Below are positions 29,005 through 39,996 of a stretch of 64,000 nucleotides of DNA, piece by piece. How positions within the stretch are numbered: position 1 is the first letter of the stretch; every line of letters starts with the position of its first letter. This stretch comes from an uncultured Erysipelotrichaceae bacterium (GTDB lineage: Bacteria > Bacillota_I > Bacilli_A > RF39 > UBA660), in assembly GCA_902764145.1 (NCBI GenBank), contig CACWUS010000007.1, positions 6,654 to 70,653 of the forward strand, given 5' to 3'. Below the pieces are notes generated by a model, which saw only the letters and a list, made by a program, of their open reading frames with translations, was not told the origin of the DNA and searched no databases. A program made the position numbers and the translations under genes.

Positions 29005-31038
29005 ATTTTGATTATAAATAATTAAATGATGCTGACTTCTTGTACATGATACATAATATAAATACCTTTCTTTACGTGTATATTTATTATCTTTTTCTGT
29101 ATATACAATAGTTGCATCAAATTCAAGTCCTTTTGCCATATAAGAAGGTAGGGTAACTAATTTTCTTGAAAATGCTTTTGAATTATTACTAATTAACACT
29201 AAATCATTTAAATCTCTTTTTAATAATTTATATATTTTAATTGTTTCAACATCTGTCTTAGTGATAATTGCAATACTTTTATTATCTTTTGATAGTTTAT
29301 TTATATCTTCTATTAGTTGATCATGTAAGTTTGTTTCACTCTTAAATTCCACAGGAATATGTGTATCTCTTCTTATGGCTGATACTAAATTTAAATCAAG
29401 TATTTTATTAGCATGTTCAATTATTTCAGGACTCGATCTATAAGTTTTATTTAGTTCTATGTAATTAACACTATCTTTAAATACAATTTTTAAATCTTCC
29501 AATGTTTTATATTGATAATAGGGATTTATTGTTTGATTAATATCACCTAATATAGTAAATTTACTTTTCTTTAATATTTTCTTAAGTAGAATATATTGTA
29601 AAATATTATAATCTTGAGCTTCATCTATTATTGTCTGTTCAATAGTATAATCGTTACCAAGAAACATTAATAAACTTTTCATATAAACAAACAAGCATGC
29701 ATCTTCAAATGATATTTTTTTATCATCAAGTTTATTTAAATAAGAATCCGGAATTAGTTTTTTATATGTAATAATAAAATCTTCACTTTTATAAAAATTT
29801 TTATATATTTCTTTTATATCAATAGAAATGTTAAGTCTTTCTTTTAGCCATTTTTTAATTTGCTTTTGTCTTGTTTTATTACCTTTAAATTCCATATCAG
29901 CTATCTTTGTTGCTATTTCATCTATTCTTTCAAATAGAGGTATAGATGAATATCTTTCAGTTAGATAGTAATTTAATTTGTCTTTTTCTATATATAAATC
30001 ATGATTTAATATATCACTAGTGAATCTAGCTTTTTTAGTATATTTTTCTATATATTTTTCTATTATTGGTATTATTTCATTAGATTGTTTAAATTTTATT
30101 AAATCAGTATATACTTCTTCATTTTTATAATATCTTTCAATGAATGATGTGAATGATTCTACATCTTTATATTCTGTTATATAAGTTTCTAAGAAATCGC
30201 TAAACGTTGTCTCTTTTGTATTTTCTTCTCCTAGTTCCGGAAGTACATTTGAAATATATTCACTAAAAACTCTGTTTGGTGCGAATATTAACACCTTGTC
30301 ACTTGTTAGATTTTTTATTTTATATAGTAAGAATGCTATTCTATGAAGTGCTACTGAAGTTTTACCAGAACCAGCTATACCTTGTACTATTAAATTTTTA
30401 TCTTTAACATTTCTAATAATTGCATTTTGTTCACTTTGAATAGTATTTACTATATTTTTCATGTATTCATCAGTTTTGTTTGCAAGGACTTCTTGTAACA
30501 ATTCATCTTGAACATTAAGTTTTGAATCAAATACACGCTTTATTTTAGCATCTTCAATAGTAAATTGTCTTTTATTATGCAAGTATCCTTTGATTATTCC
30601 ACCAGGGGCCTCGTATTGAACGTCACCTGACTCATAATCATAAAATATACTTGATATAGGAGCACGCCAATCATATATTATATTGTCTGTACCTTTAGTT
30701 AAATAGGTAAGGCCAATATAAATATCATTAATTCCTTCATCGCTCTCAAAAACGATTTTAGCAAAATATGGAGAATTTTGTATTTGATATAACTTTTTGT
30801 AATACTTTGCTTTCATCTCTAAATTATCAATTTCTTGATCATTATTAGACATGATAGTTTTCATTTCAGTTGGGTCTAAATCAGCTCTTGTATCCCAAAT
30901 GAACTTTTTAAATTCTTGTTGTTTTTCTTCGTTGTCATATAAATCTTGTGCGAGAGTAGATATTTGCTCTCTTAAAAGTTTTGTAGTTAATTCTAGATGA
31001 TGTTTTTCTTTTTGAAATTCTTCATCACTTAAATTCAT
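28990..31038 (-). CDS. helD: HelD-type UvrD/Rep superfamily 1 helicase (RNA polymerase-associated helicase IV-like)
   Basis: 682 aa. N-terminal coiled coil, WRAPISSIFYDY-type segment, Walker A GIAGSGKTSVALHR, Walker B IIDEAQDY, motif VI VSCTRSQHHL. Confidence 0.8.
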   Translation of the reverse strand: MNLSDEEFQKEKHHLELTTKLLREQISTLAQDLYDNEEKQQEFKKFIWDTRADLDPTEMKTIMSNNDQEIDNLEMKAKYYKKLYQIQNSPYFAKIVFESDEGINDIYIGLTYLTKGTDNIIYDWRAPISSIFYDYESGDVQYEAPGGIIKGYLHNKRQFTIEDAKIKRVFDSKLNVQDELLQEVLANKTDEYMKNIVNTIQSEQNAIIRNVKDKNLIVQGIAGSGKTSVALHRIAFLLYKIKNLTSDKVLIFAPNRVFSEYISNVLPELGEENTKETTFSDFLETYITEYKDVESFTSFIERYYKNEEVYTDLIKFKQSNEIIPIIEKYIEKYTKKARFTSDILNHDLYIEKDKLNYYLTERYSSIPLFERIDEIATKIADMEFKGNKTRQKQIKKWLKERLNISIDIKEIYKNFYKSEDFIITYKKLIPDSYLNKLDDKKISFEDACLFVYMKSLLMFLGNDYTIEQTIIDEAQDYNILQYILLKKILKKSKFTILGDINQTINPYYQYKTLEDLKIVFKDSVNYIELNKTYRSSPEIIEHANKILDLNLVSAIRRDTHIPVEFKSETNLHDQLIEDINKLSKDNKSIAIITKTDVETIKIYKLLKRDLNDLVLISNNSKAFSRKLVTLPSYMAKGLEFDATIVYTEKDNKYTRKERYLYYVSCTRSQHHLIIYNQNKDID

Positions 31039-31177
31039 GAAACCTCCTTATATAAATTAAGTGTCAATCCTTAAGTATAAAATTAACAGTATGCAAAAAA
31101 TATTATCAAATAAAAAATAATTTGTCAATATATAAATTTTAATTTTAATATGTTATAATTTATAATAGGTGTATAGT

Positions 31178-34100
31178 ATGAAGAATGATATAAAAAATTC
31201 AATTTTGGGATTGCTTTTAGCTGGAATAATTATTTTTGCTGTTTTAAATTTTGATTATATTAAAAGATTTGAATTTTTAGATTCTATTAAAAATGTTTTT
31301 AAAAATGATAAAAAAGCAGAAGAAGAAGAAAAGAATAAAAGCAATGATAAAAGTGTCAAAAATAATACAAATAATCTTGAAACTGATGATAAAATAGATG
31401 CTATTGATGAACCAAATATTAAAAATATAAAAGTTATATTATATGTTGATGATAAAAAAGAAGAATACATTTTTTATAAAGGAATAAAAAATCAAAAAAT
31501 TGAAAGTCAGAACACTAATAAAGATGGTTATATTTTTCTAGGTTGGTCATTAAGTAAAGATGGCAAAGAAATAATATATAGTGCAAATCAAAATATAGAT
31601 GATAAATTTATTGATAGCTATAATGGTAGTTTAGCACTATATAGTGTATTTAAACCTAATAATTATAAAATTACATTTGATTGTAATGGAGGAGAAAATC
31701 CACCTAAAGAACAAATTGTTTATTATAATGAAGAGTATACATTAACAGGTCTTTCTTGTACAAAAAACGGATATTATCAAAATGGATGGTTAGATGAAAA
31801 TAACAAAATTGTTCTTTCAAGTGAAAGAATTAATGTTAAATATTTAGAGAAAAAAAACATTATATTAAAAGCCAATTGGATTAAACTTGATAATGATATT
31901 ATAGTTCCAAAAAAATATCAAATATCATTTGATTGTAATGGAGGAGAAAATCCACCTGTTACACAAGTTGCTGAAGAAAATAAATCATTTAAATTAACAC
32001 ATAGTATTTGTAAAAGAAAAGGTTATTTACAAGATGGATGGATTGATCAAGATGGCAATACTTGGACAATTAATAATAAAAATAATATTATTTGGAAATA
32101 TAACAAGAATATTAAATTAAAAGCTAAATGGAATAGTAAATCATTAAATATAGTATTTAGTGCTAATTCAGGAATTGGTAATAATCAAAATCAAACATTT
32201 ACTTATGGAAGTTCTAATTTAAATATTACAGATAAAAAATTTTCAAAATCAGGTTATACTCTTAGTGGATGGAGTTTATCTTCAACTTCAACGATTAAAA
32301 CGTTTGAAACTTTTGGAAAAATTAACAATGATTTTATAGATACTTATTATCCAAATATAACTTTATTTGCATTATGGACAGCTAATAAATATACTGTTAT
32401 TTTTGATTGTAATGGAGGAACAAATGTTCCATCAAAACAAACAGCAACATATAATAAATCATTTACTCTTACAAGTAATACTTGTTCAAGAAGTGGTTAT
32501 ACACAAGATGGATGGTTAGATGAAGATAATAAAGCATGGAAAGTGAATTCTAAAACTAATGTTAAATGGACATGGACAAAGAATATTAAATTAAAAGCAA
32601 AATGGGTTAAAAATGAAGTTATCATAACTAATCCTAATCAGTATACTGTTACTTTTGATTGTAATGGTGGAACTGGAAATATTAGTTCTCAAATTGGGAC
32701 ACTTAACAAAGGATTTACTTTGACATCGAAAACATGTTCAAAAGATGGATATTATCAAAATGGATGGGTTGACCAAAATAATGTTGCGTGGACTGTAGAT
32801 AACACTAATAATTGGACATGGACTTATAAATATAATGTATCTTTAAAAGCAGTATGGAAAGAAAAAGTAAACAAGATTCATTTTATTAGTGCTGGAAGTA
32901 GTGATGCATTTTTAATAGAAAGTAATGGCCACTATGGGCTTATTGATTCATCTAATCCATCAATGTCTGATAGTATATGTACATCAACTAATTATAATGC
33001 TAGACAACATCCAAGTGTTTCATCTTCTAAAGTAAGTAACTGTATAGCTAGTTGTTCTTCTAGAAATAGTAGTGATAAAAGAACATCTATAGATCATGTT
33101 ATAAAATATTTAAAACAAGTAGGTGTTAATAAACTTGACTTTGTTCTTGCAACACATAACCACGCAGATCATATTGGTGGTATGAAGACTTTAGCTGAAA
33201 ATAATTATGTTAATAAAAATACGAAATATTACTATAAAAATTATGAAATAACAAAAGATGATTATGAATATGCTACATGGTGTAACTATGAATTTCATCA
33301 AAGATCAATTGAAGCAATGAAAAAGAAAAATGTTACACTAATTGATGTTACAAATAAAACTCCAGAATTTAATTTAGGAGATTATACTATTAAATTATTA
33401 AATACACAACCAGCATCAAATGATGAGAAAACAACTATTAATTATAATGGTAAAAGTATTAAAACAACAATAGGTGAAAATAAAAATACAATTATTGCAG
33501 TTTTAAAATATAATAATAAAAAAGTTTTGTTTGCTGGAGATATGGAAGTAGAAGATGAAGCAAGATTAGTTAGTAATAATGCAAGTGATATATCTAAAAT
33601 AGATGTTTTAAAAATGGGGCATCATGGATCTAAAACATCATCACGTTTATCTTTTATTAAAATGACTAATCCTAAATATATAGTTATTCCTACTGCATCT
33701 ATGCATTCTGGAAGAAACTATGGTAGTATAAGATATTTAGAAAGAAATAATAATCTTACTACATATGTTACTGGTTTTGTTAATGATGCAATAGTTTTGA
33801 AATTTAAGTCAAATGGTGAAATAACATTTAGTAATTCTGACAATAAAACTAATATAAATAAAGCTAAGTTTAATATAAAAACTTATGATATAAATAATAA
33901 AGAAAATTCTAACATTAAAAATGGATGGGAAAAGCTATTATACACTTCTTCAAATGGTATTTCTGAACATGTATGGTTATATTATGAAAATAATATGTTT
34001 ATTACTGGATGGAAAGAAATTAATTATAAAAACAAGAATTCATGGTTTTACTTTGATAAAGTATCTGGAGTAATGCAAAAAGGATGGCTTAAAGATGGAG

Positions 34101-34276
34101 GATATTGGTATTATTTAGATAATGAAGGTATTATGAAAACTGGATGGTTAGAACTTGATGGTGCTTGGTATTATCTAAATTCATCTGGAAGAATGCTTAC
34201 AGGAACTCAAAATATTAAAGGAGAAACTTTTGTATTTAATTCAAGTGGTGTATGTATAAGTGGACGTGGTTGTTAA
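31178..34276 (+). CDS. Large cell-wall-associated protein: Listeria-Bacteroides repeats + ComEC-type MBL-fold hydrolase domain + choline-binding-type wall repeats
   Basis: ORF 31169 trimmed to Met4. N-terminal TM. At least 4 repeats Y.(I/V)TFDCNGG....Q......F.LT...C...GY.Q.GW. MBL motifs ATHNHADHIGG and LKMGHHGSKTSS. C-terminal GW..(D/I)....YYL repeats. Confidence 0.8.
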   Translation: MKNDIKNSILGLLLAGIIIFAVLNFDYIKRFEFLDSIKNVFKNDKKAEEEEKNKSNDKSVKNNTNNLETDDKIDAIDEPNIKNIKVILYVDDKKEEYIFYKGIKNQKIESQNTNKDGYIFLGWSLSKDGKEIIYSANQNIDDKFIDSYNGSLALYSVFKPNNYKITFDCNGGENPPKEQIVYYNEEYTLTGLSCTKNGYYQNGWLDENNKIVLSSERINVKYLEKKNIILKANWIKLDNDIIVPKKYQISFDCNGGENPPVTQVAEENKSFKLTHSICKRKGYLQDGWIDQDGNTWTINNKNNIIWKYNKNIKLKAKWNSKSLNIVFSANSGIGNNQNQTFTYGSSNLNITDKKFSKSGYTLSGWSLSSTSTIKTFETFGKINNDFIDTYYPNITLFALWTANKYTVIFDCNGGTNVPSKQTATYNKSFTLTSNTCSRSGYTQDGWLDEDNKAWKVNSKTNVKWTWTKNIKLKAKWVKNEVIITNPNQYTVTFDCNGGTGNISSQIGTLNKGFTLTSKTCSKDGYYQNGWVDQNNVAWTVDNTNNWTWTYKYNVSLKAVWKEKVNKIHFISAGSSDAFLIESNGHYGLIDSSNPSMSDSICTSTNYNARQHPSVSSSKVSNCIASCSSRNSSDKRTSIDHVIKYLKQVGVNKLDFVLATHNHADHIGGMKTLAENNYVNKNTKYYYKNYEITKDDYEYATWCNYEFHQRSIEAMKKKNVTLIDVTNKTPEFNLGDYTIKLLNTQPASNDEKTTINYNGKSIKTTIGENKNTIIAVLKYNNKKVLFAGDMEVEDEARLVSNNASDISKIDVLKMGHHGSKTSSRLSFIKMTNPKYIVIPTASMHSGRNYGSIRYLERNNNLTTYVTGFVNDAIVLKFKSNGEITFSNSDNKTNINKAKFNIKTYDINNKENSNIKNGWEKLLYTSSNGISEHVWLYYENNMFITGWKEINYKNKNSWFYFDKVSGVMQKGWLKDGGYWYYLDNEGIMKTGWLELDGAWYYLNSSGRMLTGTQNIKGETFVFNSSGVCISGRGC

Positions 34277-34304
34277 AGAATACTTATTAAAGTATTCTTT
34301 TTTG
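34275..34304 (+). terminator. Intrinsic terminator
   Basis: AAAGAATACTT-atta-AAGTATTCTTT followed by TTTG. Confidence 0.7.
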
Positions 34305-34367
34305 ACAAAAAATATTATTGAATTTTATTAACTAATAACCTATAATTTATATAATAGTGGTGAAAAT

Positions 34368-35540
34368 ATGAAAGAGAAAAATACTAAAAATGAAAATATA
34401 TTAATGATTGTTTATGCATTAGTTTGCTTTTCAATGGGTGTATGGTCTAATTATAGACAACTTTGGCTTAGTGAAGCAGGCTTTAGTGTAACTGAGATTA
34501 GTAGAATATTTTCAGTTGCTTTAATATGTAGTGCTATTATTTCTTTTATTATTAGTATTTTTTCAGTAAAAGTTAAAGTAAAAAATGTAGTATTTTTATC
34601 AATAATATTTAGAAGTATTTCTATGTTAATGTTATTTGCAACAAAAGATATTTTCCTTATTAAAGCAAGTACATTATTATGTATTATGTCTGATGTAATA
34701 TTTATGGTTTCTTTTTATCCAATGTTAACATTTGTTACTATGAGTGATGAATCATATAGAAGAAAAACACTAATAGAATATATTGCAAAAGATGTGGGTA
34801 TTATTAGTTGTGGATTACTTTTTGGAGTTTCTTTTGGTAAATATATTTTTGATTATAATACATGTTTAATTATTGCTATTATTTCATGTATATTATCTGG
34901 ATTTATATTACTATTTTTTAATGGAGAAGAGAAGCATACTAAAAAAGAAAAATTAACATTAAAAAAATCATTTAAAGAAATATTATCATCTAAAATTAAC
35001 AGATTATTTTTATATAATCAATTAATAATTAATATTTCATATGCAGTTATATTTGATTTAATAATGATAATATTAACAGAATATATTAGTTTTGAAGTTT
35101 CATTTGCATCAGTATTTATAATTGTATGTAATGTGCTTGCTAATATGATTAATATATTAATTAATAAATATGGAAAAAATATGTCATTAAAAGTAAGTGC
35201 TATAGTAAAATTTGGTACTAGAACACTAGGATATATAGTTGCATTTATTTTAAATAATTGGACTGGTTTTGTACTTGCTATAGTTATAGGATTATTAACA
35301 TCTAGAATGCTTGAAGATAAGGTTACTGGTTCATTTCTACAACTAATTAATGAAGAGAATCAATTTTTGCATTCAAATATTAGATATTTTATATCATGTA
35401 TAGGTGAAGGTATTGGAGCATTTATTGCTGGAATTTTATTATCAGTTTCATTTAAATATATATTTTTAGGTGCTGCTATACTTACTTTTGTACAAACTAT
35501 AATACAAATTTATATGTCTAAATTAAAAGAAAAATGTTGA
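34368..35540 (+). CDS. MFS-type transporter (about 12 TM)
   Basis: 390 aa, hydrophobic throughout in two 6-TM halves separated by a basic loop (EEKHTKKEKLTLKK). Substrate unknown. Confidence 0.65.
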   Translation: MKEKNTKNENILMIVYALVCFSMGVWSNYRQLWLSEAGFSVTEISRIFSVALICSAIISFIISIFSVKVKVKNVVFLSIIFRSISMLMLFATKDIFLIKASTLLCIMSDVIFMVSFYPMLTFVTMSDESYRRKTLIEYIAKDVGIISCGLLFGVSFGKYIFDYNTCLIIAIISCILSGFILLFFNGEEKHTKKEKLTLKKSFKEILSSKINRLFLYNQLIINISYAVIFDLIMIILTEYISFEVSFASVFIIVCNVLANMINILINKYGKNMSLKVSAIVKFGTRTLGYIVAFILNNWTGFVLAIVIGLLTSRMLEDKVTGSFLQLINEENQFLHSNIRYFISCIGEGIGAFIAGILLSVSFKYIFLGAAILTFVQTIIQIYMSKLKEKC

Positions 35541-35653
35541 TTTTTTAATATATTTATAGTATTATTAACTAGAAGTTGTTCTTAGTTTAGATGAACCTTT
35601 CGCTTCTTTACTCAGAACTAACGGATGTTATGAAAAGAAAGGAGTTTTTTGAA

Positions 35654-35923
35654 ATGGCTTTAAGTAAAGACAAAAAAAGTGCTATCATATCTGAATTTGC
35701 TAGAAGTAAAGGAGATACTGGTAGTGTAGAAGTACAAGTTGCATTATTAACAGAAAGAATTAATAAATTAACAGATCATATGAAAGAACATGCACATGAT
35801 TATCATACTAATCGTGGACTTCTACAAATGGTAGGAAAAAGAAAAAGTTTATTAGATTATCTAAAACGTGAAGACGTAGCAAGATATCGTGAACTAATCA
35901 AAAAATTAAATTTAAGAAAGTAG
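35654..35923 (+). CDS. rpsO: 30S ribosomal protein S15
   Basis: ORF 35591 trimmed to Met22 (ATG behind AAAGGAG). 89 aa: [37 protein letters not shown]. Confidence 0.96.
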   Translation: MALSKDKKSAIISEFARSKGDTGSVEVQVALLTERINKLTDHMKEHAHDYHTNRGLLQMVGKRKSLLDYLKREDVARYRELIKKLNLRK

Positions 35924-35951
35924 GCACTTGTTTTAAGTGTCTTTTATTTTT
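35922..35951 (+). terminator. rpsO-pnp intergenic hairpin (attenuator/processing site)
   Basis: AGGCACTT-gtttt-AAGTGTCT (one G-U pair) followed by TTTATTTTT, immediately before the pnp RBS. Confidence 0.55.
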
Positions 35952-35966
35952 GGAAGGAGAAGTGTT

Positions 35967-38141
35967 ATGAAAAGAGTATTCGAATATGATTTTCAAGGTA
36001 GGAAATTGATTGTTGAGCATGGAGAACTTGCTAAACAAGCAGGCGGAGCGGTTTTGGTTAGATATGATGATACAGTTATTTTATCAACATGTGTTATGAG
36101 TAATAATGTATCTACAGCTGATTTTTTCCCATTAACTATTCTTTATCAAGAAAAGTTATATTCTGTTGGTAAAATTCCTGGAGGATTTATTAAAAGAGAA
36201 GGTCGTCCAACAGATGCAGCAACTCTAACAGCTAGAGTTATTGATAGACCAATAAGACCAATGTTTGATGAAAACTTTAGAAATGAAGTACAAGTAGTAA
36301 ATACAGTATTAAGTGTAGATCCAGATAAAACACCAGAAATGACTGCTTTATTTGGTACATCACTTTGCTTAGGTATTTCATCTATTCCATTTGAAGGTCC
36401 TGTATCAGGAGTTAAAGTTGGTAAAATTGATGGAGAACTTAAGATTAATCCAACTTGTGAAGAAATGGAAAGAAGTACAATTGATTTAACTGTTGCTGGT
36501 ACAAAAGAAGCTATTAATATGGTTGAATCAGGTTCTAAACAAGTAAGTGAAAAAGAAATGTTAGAAGCTTTAATGTTTGGTCATGAAGCAATTAAAGAAT
36601 TATGTGCTATTCAAGAAGATATCATTAGTGAAATTGGTGAAGAAAAAATAGAAGTAGTTCTTGCTAATATACCAGATGAATTAAGACAAGAAGTTAATGA
36701 TGATATTAAAGATGAAATGGTTGCAGCTATTCAAATTAAAGATAAATTAGAAAAGTATGCAAGAATTGATGAAGTTAAACAAATGGCAGTAGATAAATAT
36801 ACTGAAAGACATGAAGGAGAAGAAGACTTAGAAGAAAAACTAAAACTTGTTAGTAAAGTTGCAAATGAAATTGAAGGGGCAGAAGTTAGACGTTTAATTA
36901 CTAATGAACATATTAGACCTGATGGACGTGCAATGGATGAAATTAGAGAATTATCTGCTGATGTAGATTTACTTCCAAGAACACATGGTAGTGCATTATT
37001 TACTAGAGGTCAAACTCAAGCGTTAGCTATTACTACTTTAGGAGCACAAAATGAAGAACAAATTTTAGATGGTCTTGGACTTGAAGATTCTAAGAAATTT
37101 ATATTCCACTATAATTTCCCAGCATTTAGTGTAGGTGAAACTGGTAGATATGGAGCTCCTGGTAGACGTGAAATAGGACATGGGGCACTTGCTGAAAGAG
37201 CACTTTTACAAGTAATGCCAAGTCAAGAAGAATTCCCATATACTGTACGTGTAGTATCTGAAGTATTAGAAAGCAATGGTTCATCAAGTCAAGCAAGTAT
37301 TTGTGCTGGATGTATGTCTTTAATGGCAGCAGGTGTACCAATTAAAGCTCCTGTTGCTGGTATTGCTATGGGACTAATTACTGAAGATGGAACATGCGAT
37401 TCTAAATATACAATATTAACTGATATTCAAGGTCTTGAAGATCACATGGGAGATATGGATTTTAAAGTTGCAGGAACTAGAGAAGGAATCACTGCTCTTC
37501 AAATGGATATAAAGATTAAAGGTGTAACAGAAAAAGTATTAAAAGAAGCTTTAGATGAAGCACATAAAGCAAGAATGAAAATACTTGACCTTATGGAAAA
37601 TACAATACCAGAGCCAAGACATGAATTATCACCATATGCACCTAAGATTAGAACTATGAAAATAGATCCAGATAAAATAAAAGATGTTATTGGTAAGGGT
37701 GGAGAAACAATTACTAAGATCATACTAGAATCAAGTAATGTTACTTCAGTTAATCATAAGGATGCAGTTAAAATTGATATTGATGATGATGGAAATGTAA
37801 TTTGTTATCATATGGATAAAGAAGTATTAGATAGAGCAATTTCAATGATTGAAAATATAGTTAAAGAAGTAGAAATTGGTGCTATATATACTGTTAAAGT
37901 AGTTAAAATAGAAGATTTTGGCGTTTTCGTTGAATTATGGCCAGGATGTGAAGGTCTTGTTCATGTATCTCAACTTGATAATAAGAGAGTTGAACATCCA
38001 AGTGATATTCTTAAAGTTGGTGATGAGATTGTTGTTAAAGCAATAGGATATGATAGAAAAGGAAAATTAAATCTATCAAGAAAAGAATTATTACCAAAAG
38101 AAGATAAAAAAGATAAAAAATCTAAAAGCGATGAAGAATAA
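35967..38141 (+). CDS. pnp: Polyribonucleotide nucleotidyltransferase (PNPase)
   Basis: ORF 35937 trimmed to Met11 (ATG behind GGAAGGAG). Two RNase PH domains, KH (GKGGETI) and S1 ([17 protein letters not shown]) domains. Confidence 0.97.
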   Translation: MKRVFEYDFQGRKLIVEHGELAKQAGGAVLVRYDDTVILSTCVMSNNVSTADFFPLTILYQEKLYSVGKIPGGFIKREGRPTDAATLTARVIDRPIRPMFDENFRNEVQVVNTVLSVDPDKTPEMTALFGTSLCLGISSIPFEGPVSGVKVGKIDGELKINPTCEEMERSTIDLTVAGTKEAINMVESGSKQVSEKEMLEALMFGHEAIKELCAIQEDIISEIGEEKIEVVLANIPDELRQEVNDDIKDEMVAAIQIKDKLEKYARIDEVKQMAVDKYTERHEGEEDLEEKLKLVSKVANEIEGAEVRRLITNEHIRPDGRAMDEIRELSADVDLLPRTHGSALFTRGQTQALAITTLGAQNEEQILDGLGLEDSKKFIFHYNFPAFSVGETGRYGAPGRREIGHGALAERALLQVMPSQEEFPYTVRVVSEVLESNGSSSQASICAGCMSLMAAGVPIKAPVAGIAMGLITEDGTCDSKYTILTDIQGLEDHMGDMDFKVAGTREGITALQMDIKIKGVTEKVLKEALDEAHKARMKILDLMENTIPEPRHELSPYAPKIRTMKIDPDKIKDVIGKGGETITKIILESSNVTSVNHKDAVKIDIDDDGNVICYHMDKEVLDRAISMIENIVKEVEIGAIYTVKVVKIEDFGVFVELWPGCEGLVHVSQLDNKRVEHPSDILKVGDEIVVKAIGYDRKGKLNLSRKELLPKEDKKDKKSKSDEE

Positions 38142-38151
38142 TATAGAAAAT

Positions 38152-38182
38152 GAGATTTTTAAGTGAAAAATCTCTTTTTTTA
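38152..38182 (+). terminator. Intrinsic terminator after pnp
   Basis: GAGATTTTT-aagtg-AAAAATCTC followed by TTTTTTTA. Confidence 0.75.
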
Positions 38183-38235
38183 TTGTACTTTTTAAAAAAA
38201 GTATGTATAATTAATTTATAGGATAGGAGAGGAAT

Positions 38236-39918
38236 ATGAAAAAGAAATTTTTATTAAGCGTATTAACCTTATTCATTTTTTCTGTGTTTATGGTAAGTGT
38301 TAACGCTGCTGGGCCTGAATCAGCATTAGGAATTACATATGAAATAAAAGCAAAAACACCAGATTCAGTACCTGCTGTTGGTAGTCAAATGTATGGAACT
38401 GTTACTAATAAATTTGATTTAAGTAAAATAACATTCAATACATCAACAGGATCTACAGAAGCAGGCGAAACAAATTTAAGAAAGATTATAGTTGGTAATT
38501 TAAATGCAACTGAAGCCGGTACTGCGACTAGCAAAACAACAGATGCAGAAAAATTAGCTGCAGCATTTTCAAAATGGTATACAGCATATTGTTTAGATGG
38601 AACACAAGGTTATCCATCATATGGTATTTATTCAAATGAAAACTATGTAACAAGTTATATAGCTTATCAAACTGCAGTTGCTTCATCTGATGCAGCAGGA
38701 GTTCAAACAAATGCTGTAGGAATGTTAAATTCAATTGTAAGAGCTGCTATATTAAATGATTCATCTGTTCAAGATAAAATTAAAAATGTAACTGGACATG
38801 TTGATAGTGTGACTATAAATATGATGACAGGAGATTATACTTTAGTTGATAAGGAAGTTGCAACAGCATTATCAGATTTAAATGATAACACAAAAACAAT
38901 ACCTCAAAGATCATTTAAAGTAAATGTTAATAAAATCACATTTATGGATAGTGATACAATGACACCAACTGTTATTGAATTTTCTGATTATGAATTAACA
39001 GTTAGCCCAATTAATATTTTATTTGATAAATATGTTGTTAATGATAGTACAGATAAAGTTAGTACAAATAGTAAATCATATACAAAAGCTCTTTGGATAA
39101 TTGAACATACTTATCCATCACTAGATATTGAAACAGCATTAACTGAAGCTGGAGTAAATTATGATACTTTAAAAACTCAAATAGCAACACTTTATAGTAA
39201 AACTGAAGAAAGTGATATAACTGTTTTTACAGAAAATGCAGTATATGGAACTATTCAATATGCAATATGGAGTGTTACAGGTGGTAGTCCAAAAGGTACT
39301 GTATTTACTGGAGTAGCAAATAGTACTGAATTAGATACTTTATTTAAATATTTAGTGCAAGATAGAACAATCTCAAATGATTATGCATCTGGAATGTCAT
39401 TTAAAAACACTCTTGAAGAAGTAAGAGTTGGAGATGGAAAAGAACTTGTTGGAGAAGAAAATGGTGTATATAAATATGGACCATATTCAGCAAAATATGA
39501 TGCATTAGATGGTGAAAATATTAATGTTACTATTACTACAGAAGATGCAGATGGAGTTAAAATAGTAGATAAAGATGGAAATGAAATTACTGAAATTGAA
39601 CCAGGACAAGAATTTTATATTTTAATTCCTAAAAAAGCTAAACTTGGAAACGTAACAATCAAACTAGATGCAAAGGTTAGTGTATTTGTTCCTGATGGAC
39701 TTAGAGGTAGAATATATCAACCAATATTTGTACTAGGACAAAATGTTATGTCTGGTGGAAAAATTGATACAAAAACAATTAGTGCTAAATTTGATGTAAC
39801 AATTAATGCTAAAACTGGAGTTGAAGATATAGCTGTGTTATTAATGGTAACATTAGTTGCATTCTCACTTGGATATTTAGTATTAAGTTATAAAGCTAAA
39901 CCAGTTGAATTAAATTAA
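38236..39918 (+). CDS. Surface protein with putative internal-thioester (TQXA-type) adhesin domain and C-terminal sorting-like signal
   Basis: 560 aa. Signal peptide ...VSVNA/AG. Cys context WYTAYCLDG, Gln context GTIQYAIWSV. C-terminus NAKTG + hydrophobic helix + KAKP. Confidence 0.6.
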   Translation: MKKKFLLSVLTLFIFSVFMVSVNAAGPESALGITYEIKAKTPDSVPAVGSQMYGTVTNKFDLSKITFNTSTGSTEAGETNLRKIIVGNLNATEAGTATSKTTDAEKLAAAFSKWYTAYCLDGTQGYPSYGIYSNENYVTSYIAYQTAVASSDAAGVQTNAVGMLNSIVRAAILNDSSVQDKIKNVTGHVDSVTINMMTGDYTLVDKEVATALSDLNDNTKTIPQRSFKVNVNKITFMDSDTMTPTVIEFSDYELTVSPINILFDKYVVNDSTDKVSTNSKSYTKALWIIEHTYPSLDIETALTEAGVNYDTLKTQIATLYSKTEESDITVFTENAVYGTIQYAIWSVTGGSPKGTVFTGVANSTELDTLFKYLVQDRTISNDYASGMSFKNTLEEVRVGDGKELVGEENGVYKYGPYSAKYDALDGENINVTITTEDADGVKIVDKDGNEITEIEPGQEFYILIPKKAKLGNVTIKLDAKVSVFVPDGLRGRIYQPIFVLGQNVMSGGKIDTKTISAKFDVTINAKTGVEDIAVLLMVTLVAFSLGYLVLSYKAKPVELN

Positions 39919-39922
39919 TAAA

Positions 39923-39958
39923 AGAAAACATGAAAAAAGAAGTGTTTTCTTTTTTTTT
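39923..39958 (+). terminator. Intrinsic terminator
   Basis: AGAAAACA-(12 nt)-TGTTTTCT followed by TTTTTTTT. Confidence 0.6.
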
Positions 39959-39996
39959 GTCTAATAATAATTATAGAGGGATATGAAAGGAGAAGT

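Noticed and set aside
31440-32870. Regularly spaced DNA repeats (TTTGATTGTAATGGAGGA... about every 250 nt) that might be mistaken for a CRISPR-like or satellite array.
   Set aside because: They are in-frame Listeria-Bacteroides protein repeats inside one long ORF. The spacing and divergence fit protein-domain repeats, and there are no short identical repeat/spacer units.
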